A DNA stretch of 64,000 bases from positions 140,872 through 204,871 of the forward strand of contig JAPWUV010000008.1 of assembly GCA_028275345.1 (NCBI GenBank). Direction: 5' to 3'. Position 1 is the stretch's first letter; every line of letters begins with the position of its first letter. The stretch is from a bacterium (GTDB lineage: Bacteria; Zhuqueibacterota; Zhuqueibacteria; Oleimicrobiales; Geothermoviventaceae). The translations under genes and the position numbers were made by a program. This document shows, piece by piece, positions 1-8,452 of this stretch. The notes under the pieces were generated by a model. The model was not told the origin of the DNA, did no database searches, and was given only the letters and a program-made list of their open reading frames with translations.

Positions 1-276
1 GTCGGGAGATTCCCGTTCCGTGCCAACGGCAAATCCTTGGCCCTTGGGGAGACAGAGGGTTTCGTGAAACTGATTTTCGATCAGAAGCATGGGGAGCTCT
101 TGGGAGCACACATCGTGGGCCCGGAAGCGACGGAGCTGGTAGCCGAACTGGCCGTGGCGAAGACCCTGGAGGGCACGTTCGAGGAAATCGCCTCCACGAT
201 TCACGCCCACCCGACCCTGAGCGAAGCCGTCATGGAGGCAGCGCTAGATGCTGATGGGCGGGCCATTCACATCTGA
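1..276 (+). CDS. lpdA: Dihydrolipoyl dehydrogenase, C-terminal fragment (5' end outside window)
   Basis: Frame 1 is open from base 1. The dimerisation-domain sequence GFVKLIFD..LLGAHIVGPEATELV..TIHAHPTLSEAV is typical of E3/pyridine-nucleotide disulfide oxidoreductases. Stop at 274-276. Confidence 0.85.
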   Translation, partial: VGRFPFRANGKSLALGETEGFVKLIFDQKHGELLGAHIVGPEATELVAELAVAKTLEGTFEEIASTIHAHPTLSEAVMEAALDADGRAIHI

Positions 277-1042
277 ATGGGGGACACCAAAGCGCCTTCT
301 CTGGGTCTCCGGTCCGCACCGGATGGAGTACGGAGAGGCGTGGGAGCTTCAGAAGTCGGCCGTGGAGATGCGCCGTGCGTCTTGCGTGCCTGACTTGCTA
401 CTCCTAATCGAGCATCCGCCGGTGTACACAATGGGCCGGGCAGGTAGTGACCAGGACATGTTGGTCCCGGAGGAGCAGCTCCAGCGCCTGGGGATTCCCC
501 TTTATCGTTGCGACCGGGGCGGGAAGGTCACCTTCCACGGGCCGGGCCAGCTCGTTGGCTATCCAATCCTGGATTTGGGACAGCACCGCCGGGACGTGCA
601 TTGGTACCTGAGGATGCTGGAAGAAGTGGTGATCGACACTCTGGCCCGCTTCGGGATCTGGGCCCACCGCGAGCCGGGGTTGACAGGGGTCTGGGTTGGC
701 GACGACAAGATCGCCGCCATCGGGATCAAGATCAGCCGGTGGATCACGATGCATGGCTTCGCCCTCAACGTCGACCCGGACCTTCGGTACTTCGATCGCA
801 TCGTACCGTGCGGGCTTCATGGGTGGGGAGTGACCTCCATGGCACAGCTCCTGAAGGACCCGCCGGCCCTCGAGGAAGTGGCGGTCGTGTTGGTGGAGAC
901 CTTCTGCTCAAGGATGGGCTACGCGGAGGTGAAGTGGGTCCCGCTCGAGGACCTCAGCAAGGAGGTCCACGAAGGCGCGGAGCAGGTCGGTTCTCTTCCA
1001 TCGAGAACCACAAGGAGCGAGAGTACGGAGCTGCGCGGGTAG
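248..1042 (+). CDS. lipB: Octanoyl-ACP:protein octanoyltransferase (lipoate-protein ligase B)
   Basis: LipB motifs HPPVYTMGR, RGGKVTFHGPGQLVGYPIL and KIAAIGIKISRWITMHGFALNV. The only in-frame starts (248/254) overlap the lpdA stop. About 35 aa of extra C-terminal tail. Confidence 0.85.
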   Translation: MLMGGPFTSEWGTPKRLLWVSGPHRMEYGEAWELQKSAVEMRRASCVPDLLLLIEHPPVYTMGRAGSDQDMLVPEEQLQRLGIPLYRCDRGGKVTFHGPGQLVGYPILDLGQHRRDVHWYLRMLEEVVIDTLARFGIWAHREPGLTGVWVGDDKIAAIGIKISRWITMHGFALNVDPDLRYFDRIVPCGLHGWGVTSMAQLLKDPPALEEVAVVLVETFCSRMGYAEVKWVPLEDLSKEVHEGAEQVGSLPSRTTRSESTELRG

Positions 1043-1153
1043 GCGAGACAGTCCTTGGGTGTCAAGGGCGCGCATAGCGCGAGCATCGACTCGGAGCACC
1101 TCCGGGAAAGGAGTGGGCTCGACGGGTCATCGGGGCGGTTCCCGAAATTCAAT

Positions 1154-1182
1154 TTGCAGAATTGGTCACTGTTGGCTACAAT
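1154..1182 (+). promoter_or_regulatory. Sigma70-like promoter candidate (TTGCAG-17 nt-TACAAT) inside the lipB-nuoA gap
   Basis: -35 TTGCAG at 1154-1159, exact 17-nt spacer, -10 TACAAT at 1177-1182, A/T-rich patch (gaaattcaat) just upstream. No ORF follows for about 680 nt. Confidence 0.45.
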
Positions 1183-1863
1183 GGCGTGTTACAAGGGCTC
1201 CGAGTTACACCGTGGAGCCGGGAAGAAGGACATACCCACGGGCGGAGGCCGTGGGTGTCGCGTCGCTCGGGGTTTCCCAGAGTCCAGCGAAGGAAGAAGG
1301 GGAGGTGAGTTTGCCAGCTTCCCAGCCGCATGAGCACCACCTTCTTGCGCTACATCGGGGGGAATCGAACGCGGGCCGGAAATGTATTGCTTGGCCGTCT
1401 CGATCCGGCCGGGGGAAGGAGGGGGAGGCGTTCACCGTACAGATCATCCGAGCGTGGGGCATTCCCGCGATCCGTGCGGAGGATCGCGGTGTCGGGACTC
1501 GTTGGGTGACCAACCCGCACCTTCAGCTTTTGGGGGAGCGGAGCGGGTCCCTTCCTTTTCGCTTCTCGCTTGCCGGCCCAGGGAAGGTCAGAGTGGTGCC
1601 GTCGGGGGAGGGGATAGCTGTACGCGCGCAGATTCGATTCGAATCTGCCGCGGCGGCGAACACGGGTGAAGGGCCGACCCATGAGAAACGGCTCACGCCT
1701 TGGGCTGACGCGGCAGTGGGAGAACCTGCGTGCGGTGACGGTGCGTAGGTTGCGGGCAGATGCAGGCGATTGTGCTGAGATGGCTCGCTACGGGATGCAG
1801 CTACTGAATCTCGCCGGCGTCGCGACCGAGATTGGAGATCGACACGGAACTGGAGTTCGGTGA

Positions 1864-2217
1864 ATGAACCCCTTCTCGCCCGTCTTACTGAGCGCGCTGT
1901 TTGTGGGGTTTCTCGTCGTGGCCATGCTGGTTCTGAGCCTGCTGTTGGGGCCCCGGCGGAAGTCAGCGGTGAAAGGGGAACCCTTCGAGACCGGCATGGT
2001 GCCATTCAACCTCCCGGGGGACCGTTTCGCCATCCGTTTCTACGTGATCGCCATCCTCTTCGTGGTATTCGATGTAGAGCTTGTGTTTCTCTTCCCGTGG
2101 GCATCGGTATTTCGGGAGCTTGGTTGGTTCGGTCTGGCGGAGATGGGGTTCTTCGTGGCTGTTTTGGCGTTGGCTCTGATCTACGCTTGGCGCAAGGGAG
2201 CCCTGGAATGGGAATAA
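1864..2217 (+). CDS. nuoA: NADH-quinone oxidoreductase subunit A
   Basis: 117 aa with 3 TM segments. Conserved PFETGM..P..RF.IRFY.IAILFVVFDVELVFLFPWA block. Confidence 0.95.
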   Translation: MNPFSPVLLSALFVGFLVVAMLVLSLLLGPRRKSAVKGEPFETGMVPFNLPGDRFAIRFYVIAILFVVFDVELVFLFPWASVFRELGWFGLAEMGFFVAVLALALIYAWRKGALEWE

Positions 2218-2681
2218 GGCATTGGCTGGGTGACAACTTCCTGACCACGCGCGTGGACCAGGTTGTGGCCTGGGCGCGCAAATTCTCCCTTTTCCCATAT
2301 CCGTTCGTCACAGCGTGCTGTGGGATGGAGTACATGGCGGTTTCCGCCGCTCACTACGATCTGGATCGCTTTGGAGCGGCTTTCCCTCGCTTCACGCCCA
2401 GGCAGGCAGATCTGCTCATGGTAGTGGGGACGATCAGTCACAAGATGGCGCCGATCCTCAAGCGCGTCTACGAGCAGATGACCGAACCGAAGTGGGTGAT
2501 GGCGTTCGGCGTTTGTACCTGTACCGGCGGCTTCTACGACAATTACGCCACCGTGCAGGGGATCGACACCATTATTCCCGTGGACATCTACGTGCCGGGT
2601 TGTCCACCTCGTCCCGAGGCGGTGATCCGCGGGATCATGATGCTGCAAGAAAAGATCACCAAAATGCGGCAGGAGTATTGA
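2208..2681 (+). CDS. nuoB: NADH-quinone oxidoreductase subunit B
   Basis: FPYPFVTACCGMEY, MVVGT, FGVCTCTGG and VPGCPPRPE (N2 cluster cysteines). ATG at 2208 overlaps the nuoA stop. The upstream part of the 1860 ORF is read-through in another frame of nuoA. Confidence 0.95.
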   Translation: MGIRHWLGDNFLTTRVDQVVAWARKFSLFPYPFVTACCGMEYMAVSAAHYDLDRFGAAFPRFTPRQADLLMVVGTISHKMAPILKRVYEQMTEPKWVMAFGVCTCTGGFYDNYATVQGIDTIIPVDIYVPGCPPRPEAVIRGIMMLQEKITKMRQEY

Positions 2682-2685
2682 GAGC

Positions 2686-3180
2686 ATGGCGGCGAGCGAA
2701 CACCCGGCCGTGTCCAAGCTCCGGCAGGCCTTCGGGGACAAGATCCTGGATGTCTACACCTTCCGCGGGGACACGGTGGTGGTTCTGGACCGCAGCGTGA
2801 ATGTGGAGGCATGCCAGCTCTTGCGGGATGACCCGGACCTTCGGTTTGATTTTCTCATGGACCTCACCGCTGTGGACTATCTCGGCTTCGGGAGAGTACC
2901 GCGCTTCGAGGTGGTGTACAACCTGTACAGCTTCGCGAACAATCTCCGCCTTCGCCTGCGCGTGCCCGTCCCGGAAGAAGATCCGGTGATCCGGACGGTG
3001 ACCCATCTCTGGAAAGCGGCCAATTGGGCGGAGCGCGAGGTCTGGGACATGTTCGGAATTCGCTTCGAAGGTCATCCCAACCTCAAGCGCATCCTGCTGT
3101 ACGAGGAGTTTCAGGGGCATCCTCTGCGCAAGGACTACCCGGTCAACAAGCGGCAACCGTTAATCGGACCCATCAACTGA
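2686..3180 (+). CDS. nuoC: NADH-quinone oxidoreductase subunit C
   Basis: FEVVYNLYS...LRLRV, WKAANWAEREVWDMFGIRFEGHPNLKRILL. Confidence 0.95.
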   Translation: MAASEHPAVSKLRQAFGDKILDVYTFRGDTVVVLDRSVNVEACQLLRDDPDLRFDFLMDLTAVDYLGFGRVPRFEVVYNLYSFANNLRLRLRVPVPEEDPVIRTVTHLWKAANWAEREVWDMFGIRFEGHPNLKRILLYEEFQGHPLRKDYPVNKRQPLIGPIN

Positions 3181-3210
3181 CGCGTCGGGACGAGCAACCG
3201 GGGGCCAGGA

Positions 3211-3438
3211 ATGGACGAACTGATCCGCCTCATGAAAGACGAAACCGGGCGAATCGAGCGGAAATTCGAGAAGTTGTTCGAAGACCTCCGGCAGCAACAG
3301 CAGGAAATCCTGGAGGCACTGGAAAGGCTGGAGCGGGACAAGACCGCGCTTCTCCGGGCGGTCGAGAGGCTCGAGAAGGTGCAGGAAGAGAATAACCGGG
3401 AACTGCTGGCCATTCGGCAGATCCTGCGGCACACGTGA
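3211..3438 (+). CDS. Hypothetical 75-aa coiled-coil protein inserted between nuoC and nuoD
   Basis: It fills most of an otherwise unexplained 325-nt nuoC-nuoD gap. Heptad-like charged sequence (ERKFEKLFEDLRQQQQEILEALERLERDKTALLRAVERLEKVQEE) with coding-like third-position GC. The RBS is weak and I recognise no homolog. Confidence 0.5.
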   Translation: MDELIRLMKDETGRIERKFEKLFEDLRQQQQEILEALERLERDKTALLRAVERLEKVQEENNRELLAIRQILRHT

Positions 3439-3504
3439 CTGGGCGGGCACGAGGTTCGTCCTCCCTCTGCCGTCCGGTCAACTGGGAGGGCCGGACGAAG
3501 CGAT

Positions 3505-4911
3505 ATGGCTCAGCCGCGGTCACTGGTGAGCTACGGGGCGAGAGACGGGATGGCAATGGTCCTTGAAGACACGCTGGATCCGACGACGGGCTTGCGCATG
3601 CGCAGCATGCTGCTCAATATGGGCCCGTCCCACCCGGCCATGCACGGGGTGATCCGGATCATTCTCCAGCTCGAGGGAGAAAAGGTCGTCGACGCCGACG
3701 TTGAAATCGGCTACTTGCATCGAGCCTTCGAGAAGGAGGCGGAGACGGTCCGGTGGCACCAGGTCTTCCCCTACACGGACCGACTCAATTACGTATCCCC
3801 CCTGATCAACAATGTGGGCTATGCCCTGGCGGTGGAGAAGCTCCTCGGCATTGACATCCCCGAGCGGGCAAAATACATTCGCGTGATTCTGTGCGAACTG
3901 TCCAGGATCTTCGATCACCTCACCTGCATCGGCCCGATGGCGATGGAGATGGGGGCGATGACCGTTTTCCTGTACTGCATGAAAGCCAGGGAATGGGTGC
4001 AGGAGGTGATCGAGGACGTCACCGGCGCGCGGCTCACGGTTTCCTACTGTCGAATTGGCGGGGTGAAAGCGGATCTCCCCGAAGGCTTCCGCGAGAAGAC
4101 CCTGTCCGCCGTTTCGCGGGTCGAGGAGGTTGTGGACGAGGTGGACAGACTCCTCACCCGGAACCGTATCTTTTATGACCGGACGAAGTTCGTCGGGGTC
4201 ATCACAAAGGAGGAGGCGATCTCGTACGGGTTCACCGGGCCGCTGCTGCGTGCCACAGGGGTGGAATACGACGTCCGGAAAGCTCACCCGTACCTGGTCT
4301 ACGACAGGGTGGAATTTGACATCCCGAGTGGGGCCAATGGCGACACCTACGACCGTTACCTAGTCCGGATCGAGGAGATCCGCCAGAGCGCGCGCATCAT
4401 CCGCCAGGCCCTGGATCAGATGCCCCCCGGCTCGGTGCACGTGAAGGAGGTTCCCGAGGTCGTGCCGGGCTGGCTCATGGTGGATACGGCCAAGGTGGGC
4501 AAGACGTCGCGCTTGCCGTTTCTTCGCGTTGCCGCGGATCCGACCCTGGAGGGAAGCCAGAAGGATTTCGCCCCTTACGTTCGTTCCTCCGAGCGCCGCG
4601 TCTCACTCCCCCCGAAGGAGGACGTGTACGGGAACATCGAAGGGTTGATGAACCATTTCATGCTCATCATGGAGGGTAACGGCATTCGGCCTCCGGTGGG
4701 GGAAACCTACATGGCTGTGGAAGGCGCTAATGGGGAGCTGGGCTTCTACATCGTCAGCGACGGTACGGACCGTGCCTATCGTGTCCGTGTCCGACCGCCT
4801 TGCTTTTACCTGATGCAAGCATTGCCCCGTCTGATCCGGGGGCACATGGTGGCCGACGTGATCCCCATCTTCGGTTCCATCAACATGATCGCGGGAGAAC
4901 AGGACAGATGA
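3505..4911 (+). CDS. nuoD: NADH-quinone oxidoreductase subunit D (with about 45-aa internal insertion)
   Basis: LNMGPSHPAMHGVIR, EIGYLHRAFEK, DRLNYVSP, RVRPPCFY. The start could also be the internal Met codons at 3550/3556. Confidence 0.95.
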   Translation: MAQPRSLVSYGARDGMAMVLEDTLDPTTGLRMRSMLLNMGPSHPAMHGVIRIILQLEGEKVVDADVEIGYLHRAFEKEAETVRWHQVFPYTDRLNYVSPLINNVGYALAVEKLLGIDIPERAKYIRVILCELSRIFDHLTCIGPMAMEMGAMTVFLYCMKAREWVQEVIEDVTGARLTVSYCRIGGVKADLPEGFREKTLSAVSRVEEVVDEVDRLLTRNRIFYDRTKFVGVITKEEAISYGFTGPLLRATGVEYDVRKAHPYLVYDRVEFDIPSGANGDTYDRYLVRIEEIRQSARIIRQALDQMPPGSVHVKEVPEVVPGWLMVDTAKVGKTSRLPFLRVAADPTLEGSQKDFAPYVRSSERRVSLPPKEDVYGNIEGLMNHFMLIMEGNGIRPPVGETYMAVEGANGELGFYIVSDGTDRAYRVRVRPPCFYLMQALPRLIRGHMVADVIPIFGSINMIAGEQDR

Positions 4912-5381
4912 GCGTCGCCTTCCGGAGCTCGGCCCTGGAGAAAGTGCAGGAGATATTCCGGCGCTACCCGGACCGGCGAGCGGCGGTGATCCAGTTGCTT
5001 CACCTAGCACAGGAGGAATTCGGATACATCGGTCCCGAGGTGGAGCGATACGTGGCGGAGCTGACGCAGGTTCCGCCCGTTTTCGTGCACCAAGTGCTGA
5101 CCTTCTACGGTATGTTTCGGACTCAGCCGGCCGGGCGGCATCACATCAAAGTGTGCCGCAGCATCGCGTGCCACTTGATGGGTGCGACTAGCGTGCTGGA
5201 GTACCTTGAGAAGAAGCTGGGCATCCGAGCGGGGCAGACGACCCCGGACGGACGGATCACCTTGTCCACCGTGGAGTGCCTCGGCGCGTGTGAGCTGGCC
5301 CCGATGATGCAGGTGGACGACGACTTTTGCGGCCCACTCGACGAACAGAGGATCGACGAGGTTCTGGAAAAGCTCAAGTAG
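4908..5381 (+). CDS. nuoE: NADH-quinone oxidoreductase subunit E
   Basis: ATGA start/stop overlap with nuoD. 2Fe-2S cysteines in CRSIACHLMG ... ECLGACELAP. Confidence 0.95.
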   Translation: MSVAFRSSALEKVQEIFRRYPDRRAAVIQLLHLAQEEFGYIGPEVERYVAELTQVPPVFVHQVLTFYGMFRTQPAGRHHIKVCRSIACHLMGATSVLEYLEKKLGIRAGQTTPDGRITLSTVECLGACELAPMMQVDDDFCGPLDEQRIDEVLEKLK

Positions 5382-5385
5382 GCCC

Positions 5386-6678
5386 ATGCCCCAGGTGAAG
5401 ATCATCACGCAGCTCTTCGGTGTGGAGGATTCGCACCGCCTGCCGGTGTACGAGAGGCACGGCGGCTATCAGGCGATCCGCAAAGTCCTATCGGGGATGA
5501 GTCCCGAAGCCGTGATCGAAGAGGTGAAGAAATCGAGATTGCGCGGACTTGGCGGGGCTGGTTTCCCGACGGGATTGAAGTGGAGTTTCGTGCCCAAAGA
5601 CAGCCAGCGGCCGAAATACGTGGTGGTGAACGCGGACGAGGGCGAACCGGGCACCTTCAAGGACCGCTACATCATGATGAACGTGCCGCACAACCTCCTC
5701 GAAGGGATTATGATTGCAGCCTACGCCATCGGCGCCCATACGGCCTACATCTATCTCCGCGGGGAATACGTTCATCCGCGCCGGAGGCTCGAGCAAGCCA
5801 TCGCCGAGGCGTACGCGAAGGGGTACCTCGGGGAGAACATCTTCGGGCTAGGTTACAAGCTGGACGTCTACATTCACGTTGGGGCTGGAGCCTACATCTG
5901 CGGGGAGGAGACGGCGCTATTGGAATCCCTTGAGGGAAAGAAAGGCTGGCCCCGGCTGAAACCCCCATTCCCCGCAACGGTAGGCGCGTTTGGGTGCCCA
6001 ACGGTGGTCAACAATGTGGAGACACTCTCCTACGTGCCGCACATCATCCAGCGTGGGGCGGAATGGTTCGCGTCCCTGGGAACGGAGCGTTCCGGAGGAG
6101 CACGTATCCTTTCGGTCAGCGGGCATGTGCGTCGCCCGGGGATTTACGAGGTGACCATGAGCACGACCCTGCGAGAGGTCATTTACGAGCATGCCGGGGG
6201 GATCCGCGAGGGTCGTGCGCTCAAGGCGGTGATCCCAGGGGGCAGCTCAAGTCCAGTGCTGCGGGCGGAGGAGGTGGACGTCGCCTGCTGCTTCGATGCG
6301 CTCGCCTCCATCGGCTCCATGGCTGGGTCGGGCGGCGTAATCGTGATGGACGAGACCACCTGCATGTTCGACGCCCTGCACAATATCGTGCAATTCTACG
6401 CCCACGAATCCTGTGGGCAGTGCACGCCCTGCCGGGTGGGTACGGGTTGGCTCAAGCGCATCATGGACAGGATCGGCGAAGGCCGGGGAGTTCCGGAAGA
6501 TGTGGACAACCTGCGCGCCATCGCAGCCGACATGCTGGGGCGCACCATCTGTCCTCTCGGGGATGCGGCGGCAATGCCGGTGATGAGCTTCGTCGACAAG
6601 TTCCGGGAAGAGTTCGAGCAACACGTGCGGGAAGGGCGGTGTTCCCTTCGCCAAACCGTTCGGGAAGCCGTAAGCTGA
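5386..6678 (+). CDS. nuoF: NADH-quinone oxidoreductase subunit F
   Basis: GLGGAGFPTGLKW (FMN/NADH site), NADEGEPGTFKDR, ESCGQCTPCR (N3 cluster). Confidence 0.95.
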   Translation: MPQVKIITQLFGVEDSHRLPVYERHGGYQAIRKVLSGMSPEAVIEEVKKSRLRGLGGAGFPTGLKWSFVPKDSQRPKYVVVNADEGEPGTFKDRYIMMNVPHNLLEGIMIAAYAIGAHTAYIYLRGEYVHPRRRLEQAIAEAYAKGYLGENIFGLGYKLDVYIHVGAGAYICGEETALLESLEGKKGWPRLKPPFPATVGAFGCPTVVNNVETLSYVPHIIQRGAEWFASLGTERSGGARILSVSGHVRRPGIYEVTMSTTLREVIYEHAGGIREGRALKAVIPGGSSSPVLRAEEVDVACCFDALASIGSMAGSGGVIVMDETTCMFDALHNIVQFYAHESCGQCTPCRVGTGWLKRIMDRIGEGRGVPEDVDNLRAIAADMLGRTICPLGDAAAMPVMSFVDKFREEFEQHVREGRCSLRQTVREAVS

Positions 6679-6695
6679 GTCGCGCCGGCTGAGAA

Positions 6696-8342
6696 GTGAG
6701 TGACGAAATGCCCACTGTGACGATCGACGGCAGATCCATCGAGGTAGAAAAGGGCACGACGATCCTCGAGGCAGCCAAGCAGATCGGCATCGACATCCCC
6801 CACTATTGCTATCATCCGGGGCTGAGGATTGCCGGAAGCTGCCGCATGTGCTTGGTGGAGATCGAGGGAGTGCCCAAGCTTCAGATCGCCTGCTACACGC
6901 CAGTGACAGACGGGATGGTCGTGCACACCCAGAGCGAGAAGGTGAAAGAAGCCCGCAGAGCTGTGCTGGAATTCCTTTTAGTCGACCATCCGCTGGACTG
7001 CCCCGTCTGCGACCAGGCTGGAGAATGCTACCTGCAGATCTATTACATGCAGCATGGCCTCCATCCGAGTCGCGTCCGCGAGGATAAGCTCAAGCGAGCG
7101 AAGATGAAAGTGCTCAGCGAGCATATCATTCTCGACCAGGAGCGCTGCATTCTCTGCTCGCGATGCGTCCGATTCACGGAAGAGGTCACCAAGAGCTACG
7201 AGCTCGGCATCTTCCACCGCGGTGACCGATCCGTAGTGGACCTCTACCCCGGAATCCAGCTTCACAACCGGTACCAAGGAAACCTGGCGGACATTTGTCC
7301 GGTGGGTGCTTTGACGGATAGGCAGTTCCGATTTCGGACGCGCGTTTGGTACCTCGAGCACGCGAAGTCGGTTTGCCCGGGATGCAGCCGCGGATGCAAC
7401 GTCTTCGTGGACTACAACGTTCGCCGCGGGTACAAGGCGGGCGGTCGTAGGATCGTTCGGCTGAGGCCCCGACCGAACCCGTGGGTGAACAAGTACTGGA
7501 TGTGCGACGACGGCCGTTACGGCTTCACCTGGATTGAGGCGCTGGATCGCATCCTCGCGCCAAGACGGGCAGAGGGAGGACAGCTAAGGGAAATCAGTTG
7601 GAGTGAGGCCATTCGGCACGCCGCCCAGTGGATCACGGAAGCTGCGCGAGAGAAGCGGCTGGCAGTGCTGCTGTCGCCGAAAATGACCAATGAGGAACTT
7701 TACACGGCGGATCGGCTGTTCCGGTCTCTTGGGGCGAGGATGATCGGGTATTGGGCCGAGCCCTCCTCGCCAGGCTATGAAGACGAGATCCTAATCCGAG
7801 GGGACAAGAATCCCAACACCGCGGGAGCTCATTGGATCGTCGGCCGAGCATCCGGCATACCTCAGGAGGACCACCTTGCCCGACTGGCCGAGGCGATGGA
7901 AGCAGGCCAAGTAGATACGGCCGTGATCTTCTTGCATGATGTGGAGGGGGCAAAGGCGGGAGAAAGGGTCCTTCGCGCACTGCAACGCGTGGAAAGGCTC
8001 ATATACCTCGGCACCAACTGGAATCGGACGGCCACCCTCTCCAAGCTTGTGTTTCCGGCCACCGCTTTCGTGGAGCAGGACGGGACCTTCACCAACTTCG
8101 AGGGCCGGGTGCAGCGTTTCTGGCGGGCGGTGGAGCCGCTCGGCCAAGCCCGTCCGATCCTGAGCATCCTCCGGGAACTGGCCGTAGCATGCAGTGTTGA
8201 GCCTTTGCCCGAAGACCCGGAAGAGGTCTTCGCGCTGCTGGCCCTGGAGCATCCTTTCTTCTCCGGAATGGACTACGATCGGCTCGGGGAACGAGGGATG
8301 AGGGGCCAGTTGGAAGCTCCGGTGGAGGTGCGCGTGAAGTAG
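6696..8342 (+). CDS. nuoG: NADH-quinone oxidoreductase subunit G
   Basis: N-terminal 2Fe-2S (CYHPGLRIAGSCRMCLVE), HPLDCPVCDQAGEC, CILCSRCVRF. The ATG at 6708 (MPTVTIDG) is an equally good start. Confidence 0.9.
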   Translation: MSDEMPTVTIDGRSIEVEKGTTILEAAKQIGIDIPHYCYHPGLRIAGSCRMCLVEIEGVPKLQIACYTPVTDGMVVHTQSEKVKEARRAVLEFLLVDHPLDCPVCDQAGECYLQIYYMQHGLHPSRVREDKLKRAKMKVLSEHIILDQERCILCSRCVRFTEEVTKSYELGIFHRGDRSVVDLYPGIQLHNRYQGNLADICPVGALTDRQFRFRTRVWYLEHAKSVCPGCSRGCNVFVDYNVRRGYKAGGRRIVRLRPRPNPWVNKYWMCDDGRYGFTWIEALDRILAPRRAEGGQLREISWSEAIRHAAQWITEAAREKRLAVLLSPKMTNEELYTADRLFRSLGARMIGYWAEPSSPGYEDEILIRGDKNPNTAGAHWIVGRASGIPQEDHLARLAEAMEAGQVDTAVIFLHDVEGAKAGERVLRALQRVERLIYLGTNWNRTATLSKLVFPATAFVEQDGTFTNFEGRVQRFWRAVEPLGQARPILSILRELAVACSVEPLPEDPEEVFALLALEHPFFSGMDYDRLGERGMRGQLEAPVEVRVK

Positions 8343-8452
8343 ACGGGGGCATTGGGGTTTGGCGGTCCAGTCCGGGTTACCATGGAAAGTTCACGGAGCG
8401 GATTGGACAGGAACAAGTAGCTCGGGTTTAAGGTCACCGAGGGATCAGCGGG

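Noticed and set aside
1340-1650. tmRNA or tRNA-derived attachment site (GGGGGGAATCGAAC at about 1355; TTCGATTCGAATC at about 1633)
   Set aside because: T-loop-like strings are present, but the flanking bases do not form a T stem or acceptor stem. There is no CCA-proximal tRNA-like domain, no tag-peptide reading frame ending in a hydrophobic tail, and no integrase nearby.
1055-1748. ORFs of 92 aa and 229 aa in the lipB-nuoA gap as possible genes
   Set aside because: The translations are Gly/Arg/Ser-rich with no motifs, hydrophobic core pattern or RBS. The candidate promoter -10 box lies inside them. The region is treated as non-coding.
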